Origin: the human T2T-CHM13v2.0 reference genome, Homo sapiens
Strand: one strand, 5' to 3'
Length of the DNA stretch: 64,000 nt
NCBI RefSeq assembly: GCF_009914755.1
Contig: NC_060932.1
Below the pieces are notes generated by a model. That model was not told where the DNA came from. It saw only the letters and a list, made by a program, of their open reading frames with translations, and did not search any database. How positions within the stretch are numbered: position 1 is the first letter of the stretch; the number at the start of each line of letters is the position of its first letter. The translations under genes were made by a program, and so were the position numbers. Shown here in pieces: positions 14,225 to 27,375 of the stretch.

Positions 14225-15603
14225 GAATTATGGTTTGAAATCATGTTTACTTAAGTGTCAAATTTACAAAAACAAAAAATCAGTTATGAGCCAGAAGTTG
14301 TACTGCTGAAGTTCTCTGGTGTGATCATTCTTACCCATGTCATATCCCCTTCCTTAAAGTTGAGGACGGATGTTAAAAGGTTCAACAAAGCTGAGCTGTA
14401 CTCAGCTTTGGAGGTGAAGGTAAACTCCATGGCTAGATGAGCAGTTTTAGCACATAGCATCAGTTGATGTGGAGTCACTGTCATCATTTTTATAAAGATT
14501 CCGTCTTTTATAAATGGCTTCAATAACATTTTGCTTGTTTGCCAATTCACCTCCAGGTGGCAGTCTGGGGATGTTCTCATTGGCTAATGTGTACAACACA
14601 TGGACTAAGTCAGGGACACCTTCCCCCTGCTTCTTTATGATTTCTTCTACTCTGCATTCCAGGTACTTGCCCAACTCTGCCTCCTTCTTCGCTGCTTCTG
14701 GTGATACTTTGGGTGCATTTGGAAACCAGAGAAAAAATCACACACATGTTGTCTTGACTTCCCTTATGCAAACAGGTGTCGACTATTTCATTGTAAACTT
14801 TCTCAGGGTCATCAGTGACTTCAAGCCTGGATCTTACAAAATCACAGAGCTCTTCATTTCCCATAACATCCCAGATACTATCACATGCAAGGATAATGAA
14901 GTGATCATCTTCTTCAGATCTTTCAGTGTCATGGACTTCAGGCTCTGGTGAGACAAGCTGCCCAGTAGGACCTTTCCCATGGATACATTTGTAATCAAAA
15001 TCCCCAAGGGCTTTGGATACAGCCAGAGAGGCTTTCACATGCTAAAGCATTACAGAGCCACCTGCATTCTGAATTCATTCTTTTTCTAGCGGATTTGCAA
15101 TTTGTGAAGAAATGAACTTTCCTGTTCCTACAAAGTAAACGTCTAGAGTCTTCATAGTTAATGAAATAATTATGTTGGGGAGAAAGTAAGACGCTTACAT
15201 CTGTTGACCCACTTCTATCTGCACCATGTTTCTTCTCTGACATAACTCTCGTGTTCATCAATCTCCAGGAAACCTGTTCTGATTCCATTCTTTACATTTT
15301 CCAAAGAAGGTGCTCCTGCAGACCCTGTAAATCCTGGTTATCGGCGATGTGATCTAACAAATGCTCACAGCAGTATTTGGCAACCTGAGAACCAGGATGC
15401 CCGTTATACACAGCAAAGAATGACCACCTTTCAAGTCCACTTGGCAAAGCAATCACAGCCGTATGTGCATCCTCCATTTCAATACGTCAACCTTGCATGC
15501 TGCGTAGCTCGTATCGCAACTAATTACCCCACCCCCAGGCATTATGCTCTTCCATCTTTGCTTGTCTAAAGATGGTCCCATTATGTCATAATCCTGTAGG
15601 TCT
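14225..15603 (-). pseudogene. PPM1A: Processed pseudogene of protein phosphatase 1A (PP2C-alpha); CDS 15581 to 14447, frameshifted; includes about 20 nt of 5'UTR and about 220 nt of 3'UTR
   Basis: Intronless; peptides [120 protein letters not shown] and C-terminus [15 protein letters not shown] match PPM1A; multiple stops and frameshifts. The symbol names the parent gene. Confidence 0.95.
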
Positions 15604-16333
15604 CTATTAAAAGTCAAAAATCATCAACAAAACCAAAACAAGTCAACAACCACAACAACAACAACAAAACAAGGCTGTGGAGAGAAGGCAATGCTTATAC
15701 ACTGTTGGTGGGAATGTAAATGGATTCAGCCACTGTGGAAAGCAAAGAAATTAAAGCTTTTAATGTCTCAAAGAATGTAAAACAGAACTACCGTTCGACC
15801 CAGAAATCCCACTACTGAGTATATATCCAAAGGAAAATAAATCGTTCTCCCAAAAAGACATATACTTTTATGTTCATAACAGTGCTGTTTACTATAGCAC
15901 AGTAATTAACCTGGGTGCCCATCCGTGGTGGATTGGATAAAGAAAATGTGGTACATATGCATGTTGGACTACTAAACACCATACAAAAGAACAAAAGCAT
16001 GTCCTTTGCAGCAATGTGGATGCAGCTGGAGGCCATTATCCCAAACAAATTAACACAGGAACAGAAAAACAAATACTGCATGTTCTCATTTATAAGTGGG
16101 AGCTAAACACTGAGAACTCATGAACATAAATATGGCAACAATAGACACTGGGGACTCACAGAATGCGGATGAAGGAAGGAAAGCAAGAGGTGCAAACCTA
16201 ACTTTTGGGTACTACATTCTATATCTGGGGGACAGAGCATTTGCATCCCCAACCTTAGCATCGTGTGATATAACCATGTCACATACCTGTATATGTACCT
16301 ATTGAATCTAAAATGAAAGTTGAAATTATTTTT
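15604..16333 (+). mobile_element. L1PB/L1MA-type 3' end (sense arm of the composite insertion)
   Basis: ORF2 C-terminus (MSFAAMWMQLEAIIPNKLTQEQK) and 3'UTR ending tgaatctaaaatgaaagttgaaatt. Confidence 0.9.
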
Positions 16334-17261
16334 AAAAACTTTATGCTAGTATAATTTTAAAGCATCCTACATATACTAGCTTTTGAACATATTATTACAA
16401 TACTCATATCATTTTATTGTAGAGATTAGGGAAGCTTTGTTTTCTGACCAGTATTAGAAAAGATTTGAGTAACAATTACCTGCAATCTTTAAGCAAACTT
16501 CTTTCACCTGGTATAATGTGTTCCTTAAGAAACTTAAGAATTTTTCAAAGACTTTTTGTTTCAAATATTGGTTATTATTTTAATACTAAATGTTATTTTA
16601 ATATATTAAACATAAAAAGAATATAATTGTTTAAAAAATGCTCTCTCCAGAGCACTAGGAGATAAAATGATACATTTACTTATGTAACACTTTCTTAATA
16701 TTCCTTTGCATTTTATTACTATCAGTGAGAGTTTTTGATATTGGACAAAGAAAGCTTAAGGGGTTAGAAAAGTTCTCTCAATATATATCTCTTGTTGGCC
16801 AGTTCTGCTTCCAGCCTTTTAATGAGACTGTCCAGAATTATTCTCTTACCGAACATCTTTTCCTACTCTCAGACCTGCCATCGTTACATCTTCCACGAAG
16901 CTAAGAACATGGAAGACAGAAGCAGCCCAAGCATAAGTCTTTTATAGTTCCCAGGAGTAAGAGTGCCAGACATGTAGCAGGCAATTTGCCCAGTGGCTTC
17001 TCCATTTTTGACAATTTCTAAGCTCAGCTGTCAGTCAGTGTTAGCTTTGGCCTGCTGCCACCCTAGAAATTCTGCCTCATTCTGAGCTCTTGGTCACCTG
17101 GATTGCTAATTGTGCTTCCAGGGATTCTGAAGCTCCTCAACCTACACAGGTTGTCTTTTTTTAAAAAAAGATAACATGTATTTATAGAGTACAAACAAAT
17201 TATACACACACACATATAATTAAGATATATATATAATTATAGCTATTTTGTATAATATGTA

Positions 17262-18076
17262 CAGTAGTACCCCTGTAACTAAACCCAAGTTTGGCTCCTC
17301 ACTGCTTGAAAGGCCAAACTCAAGAGACAAGGGTTGGTGGGAGGAAAAGCACGTTTATTCAGAAAGCCAGCAAACCCAGATGATGGCACACTATCATGCT
17401 AAAGTACCATCTTAAGTCATTCCAAATTTTTGGCTCTTTTTATGTCAACGGCAGGAGGAAGATGGAGGGCTCAGGGCAAGAGGTAACTGATGACTGCAGA
17501 TATCTGGGCACCAGCGAGGGTGTGAGGATGTTGGGAACTTCTTTTCCCTGGTCAGGTCACAGTATTTCCATAAATCTTTAACAAAACGTAGTTACTTGTC
17601 CTTTAAACTCAGAGTTCTTTCTGAAAAACTACATGATTGCTGTTTTTGTGTATGATCTCACTGCTCTATAATTATCCTTGCCTATCTGTGGGAATAGGTA
17701 AAGGTCCCTTAAACAAAAATGAAGTTAGTTATGTTAGTTTTTTGCTGCTTTGGTGTTACACCTATTTGAGGTGGATACATTCCAAGACCCCCCCTGTAGA
17801 TGCCTGAAACTGTAGATTGTATCTAGTCCTATATATGTTGTTTTTCCTATACATATATACTTAAAAGAAAGTCTAGTTTATCAATTAGGCACAGTAAGAG
17901 ATCAGCAGCAACAATAATAAAACAGAATAATTATAACAATATGCTGTAATAAAAGTTTTATGAATGTAGTTTCTCTCTCTGTCTCAAAATATCTGATTGT
18001 ACTGTATTCACCTATTTTCAGTGACCAAGGGTAACCAAAACTGTAGCAAGTGCAACCACGGATAAAAGAACGACTG
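17262..18076 (+). mobile_element. MER44A-like Tigger-family DNA transposon (interrupted by an LTR)
   Basis: TA-flanked ends cagtagtacccc...gactg; internal gatacattccaagacccc...gatgcctgaaac and aattaggcacagtaagaga. Confidence 0.8.
17274..17760 (-). mobile_element. Solo ERV1-type LTR (family not assigned)
   Basis: Inverted termini tgtaac...gttaca; tttatt (AATAAA on minus) near 17354; splits the MER44 element. Confidence 0.75.
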
Positions 18077-18195
18077 TAATTATATTACTTAACAGTTCTC
18101 AACATTTGGCTTTCTTTACACTTGGCAATGCCAGACTTCTCGTTGCCTTAAGGAAAACATTCAGTCCTACATCCCTCCTATTTTTTAAAATCCTA

Positions 18196-18568
18196 ATGCT
18201 TTTCAAACTCTAATATGCATACAAATTACCTGGAGAATGCACCTTGTTAAACCTCCTAGTTAAAATGCAAGTTCCAGTTAAATAGTTCTGAGACAGACAG
18301 AGATTCTGAATTTCTTACATGCTGTTGGATAATGTCTGTGCTGCTGGTTCAGGGATCACGCTTTTGGTAGCAAGCCGTAAACAATGGTTCTCATAGTGTG
18401 TCCTTGGACCAGCAGCAGAAGTATCACCTGCAGACTTGGGGGAAACGTAAATTCTCAGGTCCCACTCCAGAACAACTGAATCAGAAATTTGGGGGTGGGG
18501 CTCAGAAATCCATGATTTAATAGGTCGTTCAGGTGATTCTGCTGCCCTTTGTAGCTAAAGAACCCCTG
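18196..18568. mobile_element. Two adjacent MER5 (hAT-Charlie) elements
   Basis: ttcaaactctaatatgcat...tgctgctggttcagggatcac, followed by caatggttctc...ggaccagcagc...actgaatcagaaa...agaacccctg. Confidence 0.7.
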
Positions 18569-18651
18569 GCTTAGAGTACTGCATGTTAAAATATTTCCTC
18601 CTTGCCAATTCACTATATATGAGATGTTGAATACTCTGGGGAAGAAAATCA

Positions 18652-18957
<306 letters not shown>

Positions 18958-19170
18958 AAGAAAATCAAAATATTTTATCCCCAAATATATTTCTTTGACA
19001 AATTTTGAGACGGCTGCCACATGGCCAGCAGATTGAAGTCGCCCTGCAAAGTTGTCTTTTGTAGGGGAGATTTGCATCTGTAGAGAATCTCCGTTAAGGT
19101 CTTCCATTGTCCAAATACAGGAAAGAAGAGCTGAGAGTCTGACGTAAAGATCCGCAACATTTACCAGTAT
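18958..19170 (+). mobile_element. ERV1 LTR fragment (MER34/MER39-like)
   Basis: aaaatattttatccccaaatatatttctttgaca...tttgcatctgtagagaatctcc resembles the MER34/39 LTR 5' end. Confidence 0.55.
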
Positions 19171-21110
19171 ATACACCTACAGAGTCATCTTAGACAGGAC
19201 CGCTGACACCAGGGAAGCAGGGCCCATCCAGGCAGATGCTGGGTGAGTAAGGAGACATGATCGTGTGGCGCTTATAGACATTCTCCTTAGATTACTTCCA
19301 GTTTCTGAGTTAAATAAGAAGCAAGCTCATCAGCAGAGAGTGAGGAAAGGAAAGAAAAGGGGGAAGCGTATGAGAAAATCATTTAGGAGACAAGGAGTGT
19401 GAACATGCTTGGGAAATGTCGCATGGTTGTCTTGTAGCATTGAAGGACCCATTCTTGGTGTTAATTCTATTGATTAGGGTAAGCAAATGAAGCTAACAAG
19501 CAGCTCCCAAATCTCAGAGACATAACAAAGTGAAGGCTTTTGTTTTCCTCTCTGTTGTCACATTCCAAAGAGGTTTAGGGGTAGCAGTCGCTCTTCACAT
19601 CGTCAATTGTCCACATCGAGTGTCTATAACTACATCCCCTCCACACCCTACTCCTAACCTCGAAGTCCACCAAAATTCCTTCACGATCATAAGAGAAAGA
19701 CCCAGACAGTTTCACAGATGTTTAGGGGTCAAGCCCGGGGGTAGTTGCCACCTTTTCTGCCGACATTTCACTGACCAGAAATCAGTCCCAGGGCTTCAGC
19801 CAGCTGTCAAGGAGACTGGGAAAAGTAGTCAAGCTGTATTTGCAGAGAGCTGGATCCAACCAGAACTGGGGGTTTGCAGAAGAGGCACAAAGAAGCAAGT
19901 GAAAGGCAAAGAATTAGTGAATGTGAGCGAACAGGTGAATATCAAAATTGACCTATGAATTCAATTTGGAAAAGGCAAATGAGGAGAGGGGTGAAGGAAG
20001 TGAATAGGTGGCAGGATAAATTGACTTTTTAAATTTTAAAGCTTATAGTGCTTTGATAATATAGTAAAGGTTAAAAGAACCATCTGGGGCTTAATTACGT
20101 TTTTAAGTTTCCTTGAGGGCTGTCACATTTGTCTGAGTAGCAAAAGCCTGTATAAAATAGCCGAGCCAGTTCTCCAGGCACTGATTCTTGCAAGATTAAA
20201 AATAGAAAAGAAAAAAAAACAGTAATAAGTATTTGAAGAACGGAGGATTTTATGTTCTCTTTGATGACGATCAATTAAAATATTTTGCCCATGGTTTGTC
20301 ATTGAATTAATCTGCATTCCTTTTATTCTCCAAAGAAATAGGACACACGATGCAAGACTACTTTTATTGGTTTTCTTGTCAAGGTTTTTGGGACATCCAA
20401 CTTAGATGAGACGTTTTAATTGTATTGTCAGCAGGCATTAAAGTGCATCTTAAGTTGAAATGTATTTGCTGCCTTGACTATAAATCCTATAAACAAATAA
20501 GTACTCAATGTAAAAATATCTGTTTCTACAGCTAGAGGATTGTAGACTGAAAGGTTCAAAAGAATCACAAACAGAAAACATTTAGAAAGTGTTAGAGAAG
20601 GTAACATTCAGGAGGTTGTCTGTGTACGTTCTAACTATTTCTATGGGAGTCAAAATATGAAAGTGCACATATTGATAAAACTACCAGGACCATAATTTTG
20701 AGAAAATGGTTTTGATTTCAATATATCTATTTTCCTGTGAAGGAAATAGTCTCAGACATAGCAATAGGTAGATATACACTTGTTACTGCTGTAAAAATAT
20801 GGCCGTGGTTGCAACCAATTAGGTCACAGGTTTCATCTACCTTAATTAATTTCTCACTGAGCAAATACATATACTCCTGGCCGTCTGAACTCAACGGCTG
20901 CCACTTGTCCCAAAAAAGGCAGCTTACTGGGGATGGAGGACAGTGGGTGTCTGGAAAACTCCCTATAGTGGAAAATGAACAGAAACCTATTGCTAATAGT
21001 ACATGAGTGTAGATCTTTTCAACATGATATGCCTTATTCCATTGATTCCAATAGCTCACGGAATGTAACATATACCATGATTTTGTATAATATGAAGAAA
21101 GAAAAAAATG

Positions 21111-21410
21111 GGCTGGGTGTGTTGGTTCACGCCTGTAATCCCAGCACTTTGGGAGGCCAAGGAGGGCAGATCACAAGGTCAAGAGTTCAAGACCAGCCTG
21201 GCCAATATGGCGAAACCCCATCTCTACTAAAAATATAAAAATTAGCTGGGCGTGGTGGCATGTGACTGTAGTCCCAGCTACTCAGGAGGCTGAGGCACAA
21301 GAATCGCTTGAACCTGGGAAGCAGAGGATGCAGTGAGCTGAGATCGCGCCACTGCACTGCGGCCTGGACAACAGAGTAAGACCACGTCTCAAAAAAAGAC
21401 AAAAAAAATA
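21111..21410 (+). mobile_element. AluS (Sg/Sc-like)
   Basis: Full Alu; TSD aagaaag(a/g)aaaaaatg on both sides. Confidence 0.95.
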
Positions 21411-22139
21411 AGAAAGGAAAAAATGCTGCCATTGATCCAGGACACAATGCTTTTGTATCATTGGGGATTTACATTTTATATTTGCTGGAGAATTTCACTT
21501 AGATGTAGACACTGTGTAATCAGCCAAGTAAAATGCAGTGTGGAACTAGACTGATTAAAATGTTTCTGAAAGTTCTTCCAATTGGAAGTCTGACTCCCCT
21601 GAAATAACTTTCAACTCAAGGCAGCTGAGTCCTCTGTACCATTAAGAGTATTGGTGATGTAGCATTTCTGAAACAAACAAACAAACAAAAAAAAAAAAAC
21701 AGGCACACCTGTCTCTGCCGTCTCTGGGGTTTTCTTCTAAGCTTGTAATACCATCCTGTAAGTTCTGATACTGGTTCTTTCCTGAGCTTACTAGAAAGTA
21801 CGAGGTAATCATAACCACCTTACAACTTGATGACAGCAATGGGAAGATACTGTAAATTTTAAGGCACATTTTATTTTAGAATAAAAATGATAAGAAATGT
21901 TAAGAATGTATATGATTCTAAGAAATGTGTCATTTTTATATATTAATCTATAAAATATAATGTGGGGAAATGTAATCATTTTAACTCAACAAGTTTGCAT
22001 TGAGCTCCTTCTGTCTTTACACTCTTGGGATGGATCAAGATAGCTTATTAACCCTCATGTGAAAGAGGTTTTTTTTTTAGCCATTCAGTGTCATTCTTCA
22101 ATCATTCAGTCTTAGTGCTAACCATCGAAGTATTACGTT

Positions 22140-22355
22140 GAGGCAGTGGGATGAAGTGGTGAAGATCACAGTCTTCACAGCCAGTCTGCTTGAGTCTAAC
22201 ATCTAGCTCCACCGTTACTAAGTTTGCGACATTGAGCAAGTCACTTAACCTCTGTGTGTCTGTTTCTTCAAAATGATAGCATCTACCTCACTGGGTAATT
22301 GTGAGGACTAAACAAGCTAATAGCCATTAAATACTTAGAACACTGCCTGGATGTA
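22140..22355 (+). mobile_element. MIR
   Basis: Core ttgagcaagtcacttaacctctgtgtgtctgtttcttca...acttagaacactgcctgg. Confidence 0.75.
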
Positions 22356-23333
22356 GAGTACTTCTGTATTATTTATCTGTATCTTGGAAACTTCATTTAA
22401 ATAATTTACACATTGTTGTGACATAGTCTCACATAGCATCAGCAGGTTTCTCTTACCAGAATGAAGAGATTAAGAACTCAATTTAATGTTTGACTTACCT
22501 GTAGTTATATTCAGTCTTTCTGTGATTGAGTGTATGTGTGTGTGTGTGGTCTTCCTACTAAGTTCCATGATAAAACAGTAACAATATCTTTTTTCTAGAA
22601 GGAGGAAGACATAAGCACACCAAAATAAATTTATATTTTTGCATTACCTGACTTCTTGCAGGAAAAAAATCATATTTGAATATGAGTCACTAATAGAGAA
22701 GTGAAGGAGATGCAGTTTTCAATCTACTAAGATGTAAATATAGATGCCTGATTTTAAGCTACTCCAACGCAATGCGTTGCCAATATGTATACATTTGATT
22801 CAACAATTAGTACATTTTCTAGGAATTTTGTGCTACTGCACTTTAGGTGATTGAATTTGCTTAAGTTCACAAATGTCTCTTTGCTCAGGAGTTGAATGAA
22901 AAATATATATTTATGTTCACACACAAATACCCGCATAATATTAGTCTTTTATATTTGTTTCTATTATCTAAAGAGTTGCCTTACCCAGAGTTTTTCTTTT
23001 GCGCAAATGAAAAACTTCAGCTGACCTGTGGACTTAGAGATTTACCAATATTAAATATTTTTAAAGTGTGGAATCTTGTGAAATAACCTACTGCACAAAA
23101 ATATTCATGAATATCTTGCCATAGGCTGAAAACCAGGTGATCCAGGATTCAAGTATATAAATGTTGATTGCCTACTGTATACTTCATAGTAAAGTTCCTT
23201 GCATGCTAAATGTTGCTGAGTACGGGAGAAATATAAAACATGTTGGCTACAACAAATTGTTTGTTGTTTAGTTGACAGGAAAATACAACATGAAACAAGA
23301 TACACACAGACACAAATTAAATGCTTTTAAAGG

Positions 23334-23409
23334 ATATAAGTAACGAGATATAAGTAATGAGACAATGTAGTATATAAGTAATGAGATATAAGTAATGAGA
23401 CAATGTAGT
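23334..23409. repeat. 38-bp tandem duplication with an internal 14-bp sub-repeat
   Basis: atataagtaa(c/t)gagatataagtaatgagacaatgtagt twice, 37/38 identical. Confidence 0.9.
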
Positions 23410-25725
23410 GTAATAAAATGTATTAATTGAATAATAAACTGCTAGTAAATACTTGTACATAAAAATGTTAGAAGGCAAGTGACTGCAAGACTTCAAGGAA
23501 GGTATTGCACGAGGTGGATATGAAAGATAGATAGACTATTAATAGAGAGATCGAAGGGAATTCTAATGGGAAGAGCAGGAACAAATCTATAGACATAATC
23601 ATGGAAGGTTCTTGGGGGGCAGGATAGGGAAAGATAGTAGGAAATCAGCATCCTGAGTCAGATGGAGTCCCTGGGGAATATAATAAGTGATATTTAGTCT
23701 TAAAAATTGAGTCAGATTTTACAGACTCTTAAGAAGTAGATGTGCTTTCATTGAATACAGGAGACTATTAGGAGTTATTAAAACTTCTCCAGTGGGCCAG
23801 GAATAGGATAAAGCTCAAGCCAAAACAATATGTAGGAGAAATTCATGCAGAGAAAGGAGAGACAAAGGAAGAGTAATTAGACCTGGAAACAGAAGCATCT
23901 GTCAGCGATCTCTGCAGCGCAATCTTTACCTATTCCCAGGGCAAACGTTAGACAGAGCTCTGACTTTCTAATGTTCAGCAATTCCCATCTCTTATGGCAT
24001 TCTGTCTCTTCTTTTCTTGTCCTTTGAACAATGAGTTCAAATCTCTTGATTCAGATAAATTACATTTTAGTCCCTTATTAGAGAACTTGCAGACAGTATC
24101 ACTAAATGTTTTCTAAAGGTGGGAGCTACAAACTACAGAATTGCAAAGTTGGCATTGTTTCCAGGGAAAATTCCAGAATAAATTATCATACAGAACAATT
24201 AATACAGTAGAAGTTCTCTGTAAGTGCCAACGAGGGCCCATAAGTAGCAATTAATGGGACAAACCTAATTGCTTTTTCTGGCAGGGTTGTCAGAAGAAGG
24301 AGGAAGAGGTACTAGATATATTAAATCCAAATTTCAGTGAGGCAGTTTACCCAGTGTATTGTGTGAGCATTCAACATGAATGGCAGTTAAGATGGATGAC
24401 CCTCTTTCCCCAGTTAGCAACTGTCTTTGGACAAATGTAACCTGGAGGGAGGTTTAGGAGCTTCTATAAGGCTCTGTCTTTGGCTGTCTTTATTAATGAG
24501 TCAGATTCCTAAATTATCTCAAGAGATTTAGATAATGAAGAGAACTGGAGATGGGTTTGCAGAGGGGATAGTGGAAAGGCTCATTCTTTGAGTTGGGCCA
24601 TCCATTGCATGAGTATAATCTGTGAGTATTAAAATACTGAGGAAATAATGGAAGGGGTGGCAATGTAGGCATTTTCACTATTCTCCTGAGAACAAATTCC
24701 CAATTTAGGCCATTTATTAATAATTCTGATAGTAAAACTCTTGACAATACATTAAGAAAAAAGATATTATGGGACAAGAAAGATATTTGAAGCATCCTGG
24801 CATAGGTGACTGCCAGCAATGAGTAGTGGAAAGGATGACTCTTCTATCCCTGGGAATTTCTGGACTTTATTGGGTCAACCTATTCGAAGACTTAATTCGT
24901 AAGACGATGTTGCCCAAACTACCAGTTCATTCATTACAAGCTTTTAGGGCAAGGTTTTTAACTACGTTTTTGTTTTTAGTACCTAGAACATAAGACATTC
25001 ACATGCTCTCAAATTACAGCTTTTCCAATAACCAAACAGCCCTCACAGAGAAACGGCATGTTTTTACACCTAGCACATAATTCAACGTCATACAAATGAT
25101 ACAATGTAAGTAACTTCCAATCACAGTTTAAACCAAGTATGTGCTGATAGCAGCATTGGAGTTCATAGCGCCTAGCAGAACCAGCTCCCCAATGTTTCTC
25201 ATGAAAGAGAAAAAGTAAATTCATTATTTCTATTTTTGCCACTCCAAAATGTCCTTCCTTTATTTTGTTGCAGGATAAAATATAAGATGTGAAGGCCAGA
25301 AACTGAAGTTACTGATTAGTAATTTGGAACTTGCTTTTTTAAAAAAAATCATGTTAACTCCAGCAGTAATTTCCGTACAGTCTGGTCGTTATCTAAAAGG
25401 GACCAGCAGTCACTGCAGACTACTCCTATTAATGAAGGCACCAATGATGTTTCTCTTTTTTAAAAACTCAGGTAGGTTTTTCTCTGTTATTTGAAAGCAC
25501 AACGTAGTGAAATAAATAAGCACAGCTGTGAAACTATCAATCCATATTTAGGTTCTTCATGGTATGTGGTGGCTGTCCCACTTACTCTCTCCACCACCTT
25601 AGAACTTTGATTTCTGAACAACCAGAGAAGAAAGAAATTAAGACTGGAAAAAAAAAAAGAAGGCTTGAAATGCACATGCTCAAAGGGTAACTATGTGGTA
25701 CACTTAAGCAAACATATAAAACAAA

Positions 25726-26093
25726 TGTGGTTTGGCTTGGTCTCCACCTAAATCTCATCCTGAATTGTAGTTCCTGTAATCCCCATGTGTTGTGGAGGGA
25801 CCTCGTGGGAGGTAATTGAATCATGGGGGTGGTTACCTCCATGCTGTTCCCGTGACAGTGAGTTCTCATGAGATCTGATGGTTTTATAAGGTGGTTTCCC
25901 CTCCACCTCTGCTCTACACTTCTTGCTGCCATCATGTGAAGAAGGACATGTTTGCTTCCCCTTCCACCATGATTATAAGTTGCCCAAGGCCTCCCAAGCC
26001 CTGTAGAACTGTGAGTCAATTAAACCCCTTTCCTTTATAAATTACCCAGTCTTGGGTATGTCTTTATTAGCAGTGTGACAGCAGACTAATACA
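25726..26093 (+). mobile_element. THE1 MaLR solo LTR (THE1D-like)
   Basis: ggtttggct...aaatctcatc...gaactgtgagtcaattaaacc...gactaataca. Confidence 0.9.
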
Positions 26094-27240
26094 CAAGTGT
26101 TGGTCCTAGTAAAGATCTTGTCCCCAAACTATGTGTCACGATATGCTTCTAAGGAACTCCACCTTTGAGTGCTAAAGTGAATTGGGGCAAGATAAGAGGA
26201 AGAGAAATCCCACAGACTTCAATGATCCCAGAGTCAGGTCAAAAGCCCCTGACTTATACTGGTGACTCTAGGAATGGAAAAAAGGAGGAAGCTGGAGAGA
26301 CTGTGATGAAGGAGAGAAAGGAAGAACGAGTAGCAGTCAAGATGAAAATAAAATTTCAGGTTTAAATTCTAGGACCTTGGAGAAGAGCAGAGATAAGATT
26401 AGACAGGTTGAATCTGAAGTGGAAATACTGAGATTATTAGGATATTCTGTCAGGGGATGATGTCAAGACAAACTTTTTAAAAGTTTTCCATTCTCAGTCG
26501 TTACATTAAGAAAAAATTGACACGTGATAGTCATCATTCTTTTTTTAGTGATGGAGAGAGCGTGTATTCAGAAGCAAATACCATGTAAAGATTTCACATA
26601 ACATTGTGGGACTTCAATAGAAATCCTTTTCAAACAGCTTTTCAGCTTTTTCCTTAGAGCTGACTTTTCTGTATAAATTATTATTGTACTTTCATTTGCC
26701 TCTTTTAAGACGCCTTCAAATGTACTCTATTTTTAATTTTCACAGAATGGGCAAAATTGAGTGTTCTTAGATCTGTTGATTGTACAGCTTGAATTTTGTC
26801 ATTTCACTCATTCTTTCCACTCAGCCACTGCATTAGACAGGTGATTAAAAATACACTTCTAAAGAGTAGAGAAATCTTTTATTTCTCAAATCCTCTGTGA
26901 CTGACACGGAGGATCAGAACAGGGTTTTTAAGCATAATGGTATAAATGACACTATTTCACTTTTTAAATTTTTACAAATGAAGGACAATCATAATTATGT
27001 CCTATGACTGGGAGGTATGCTTCAAATGACTTATTCTTTTAAGAACTAAATACTCACGTACTTGCTTCTGTTACAAATATGAACTAGATTGCTGCTGCCC
27101 CTACTCAGGAAAGTCATACATTAGTCATTCTGGTTTTTGTATCGTTGCTAATTTAATGGTGAAGGCTGTATTGAAATATTTGCAATGTTCACCTTGTCCT
27201 TGTAATAAGACAAGTCAATATTGACAAATTCATTCCTTTT

Positions 27241-27375
27241 GGGTCTCGTGCAGTGGTTCACACCTATACTCCTGGTGCCTTGGGAGGCTGAGGCAGGAGG
27301 ATCACTTGAGGCCAGGAGTTTGAGACCAGCCTGGGCAACAGAGTGAGACCCCTGTCTCTACAAGAAAAAAAAAAT
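27241..27375 (+). mobile_element. Alu monomer (FLAM-like)
   Basis: Single left arm gggaggctgaggcaggaggatcacttgaggccaggagtttgagacc followed by an A tail. Confidence 0.85.

Noticed and set aside
14447-15581. Functional PPM1A retrogene
   Set aside because: Early frameshift and stop, split across at least four ORFs, and motif substitutions (DGH to NGH, CDG to CDS).
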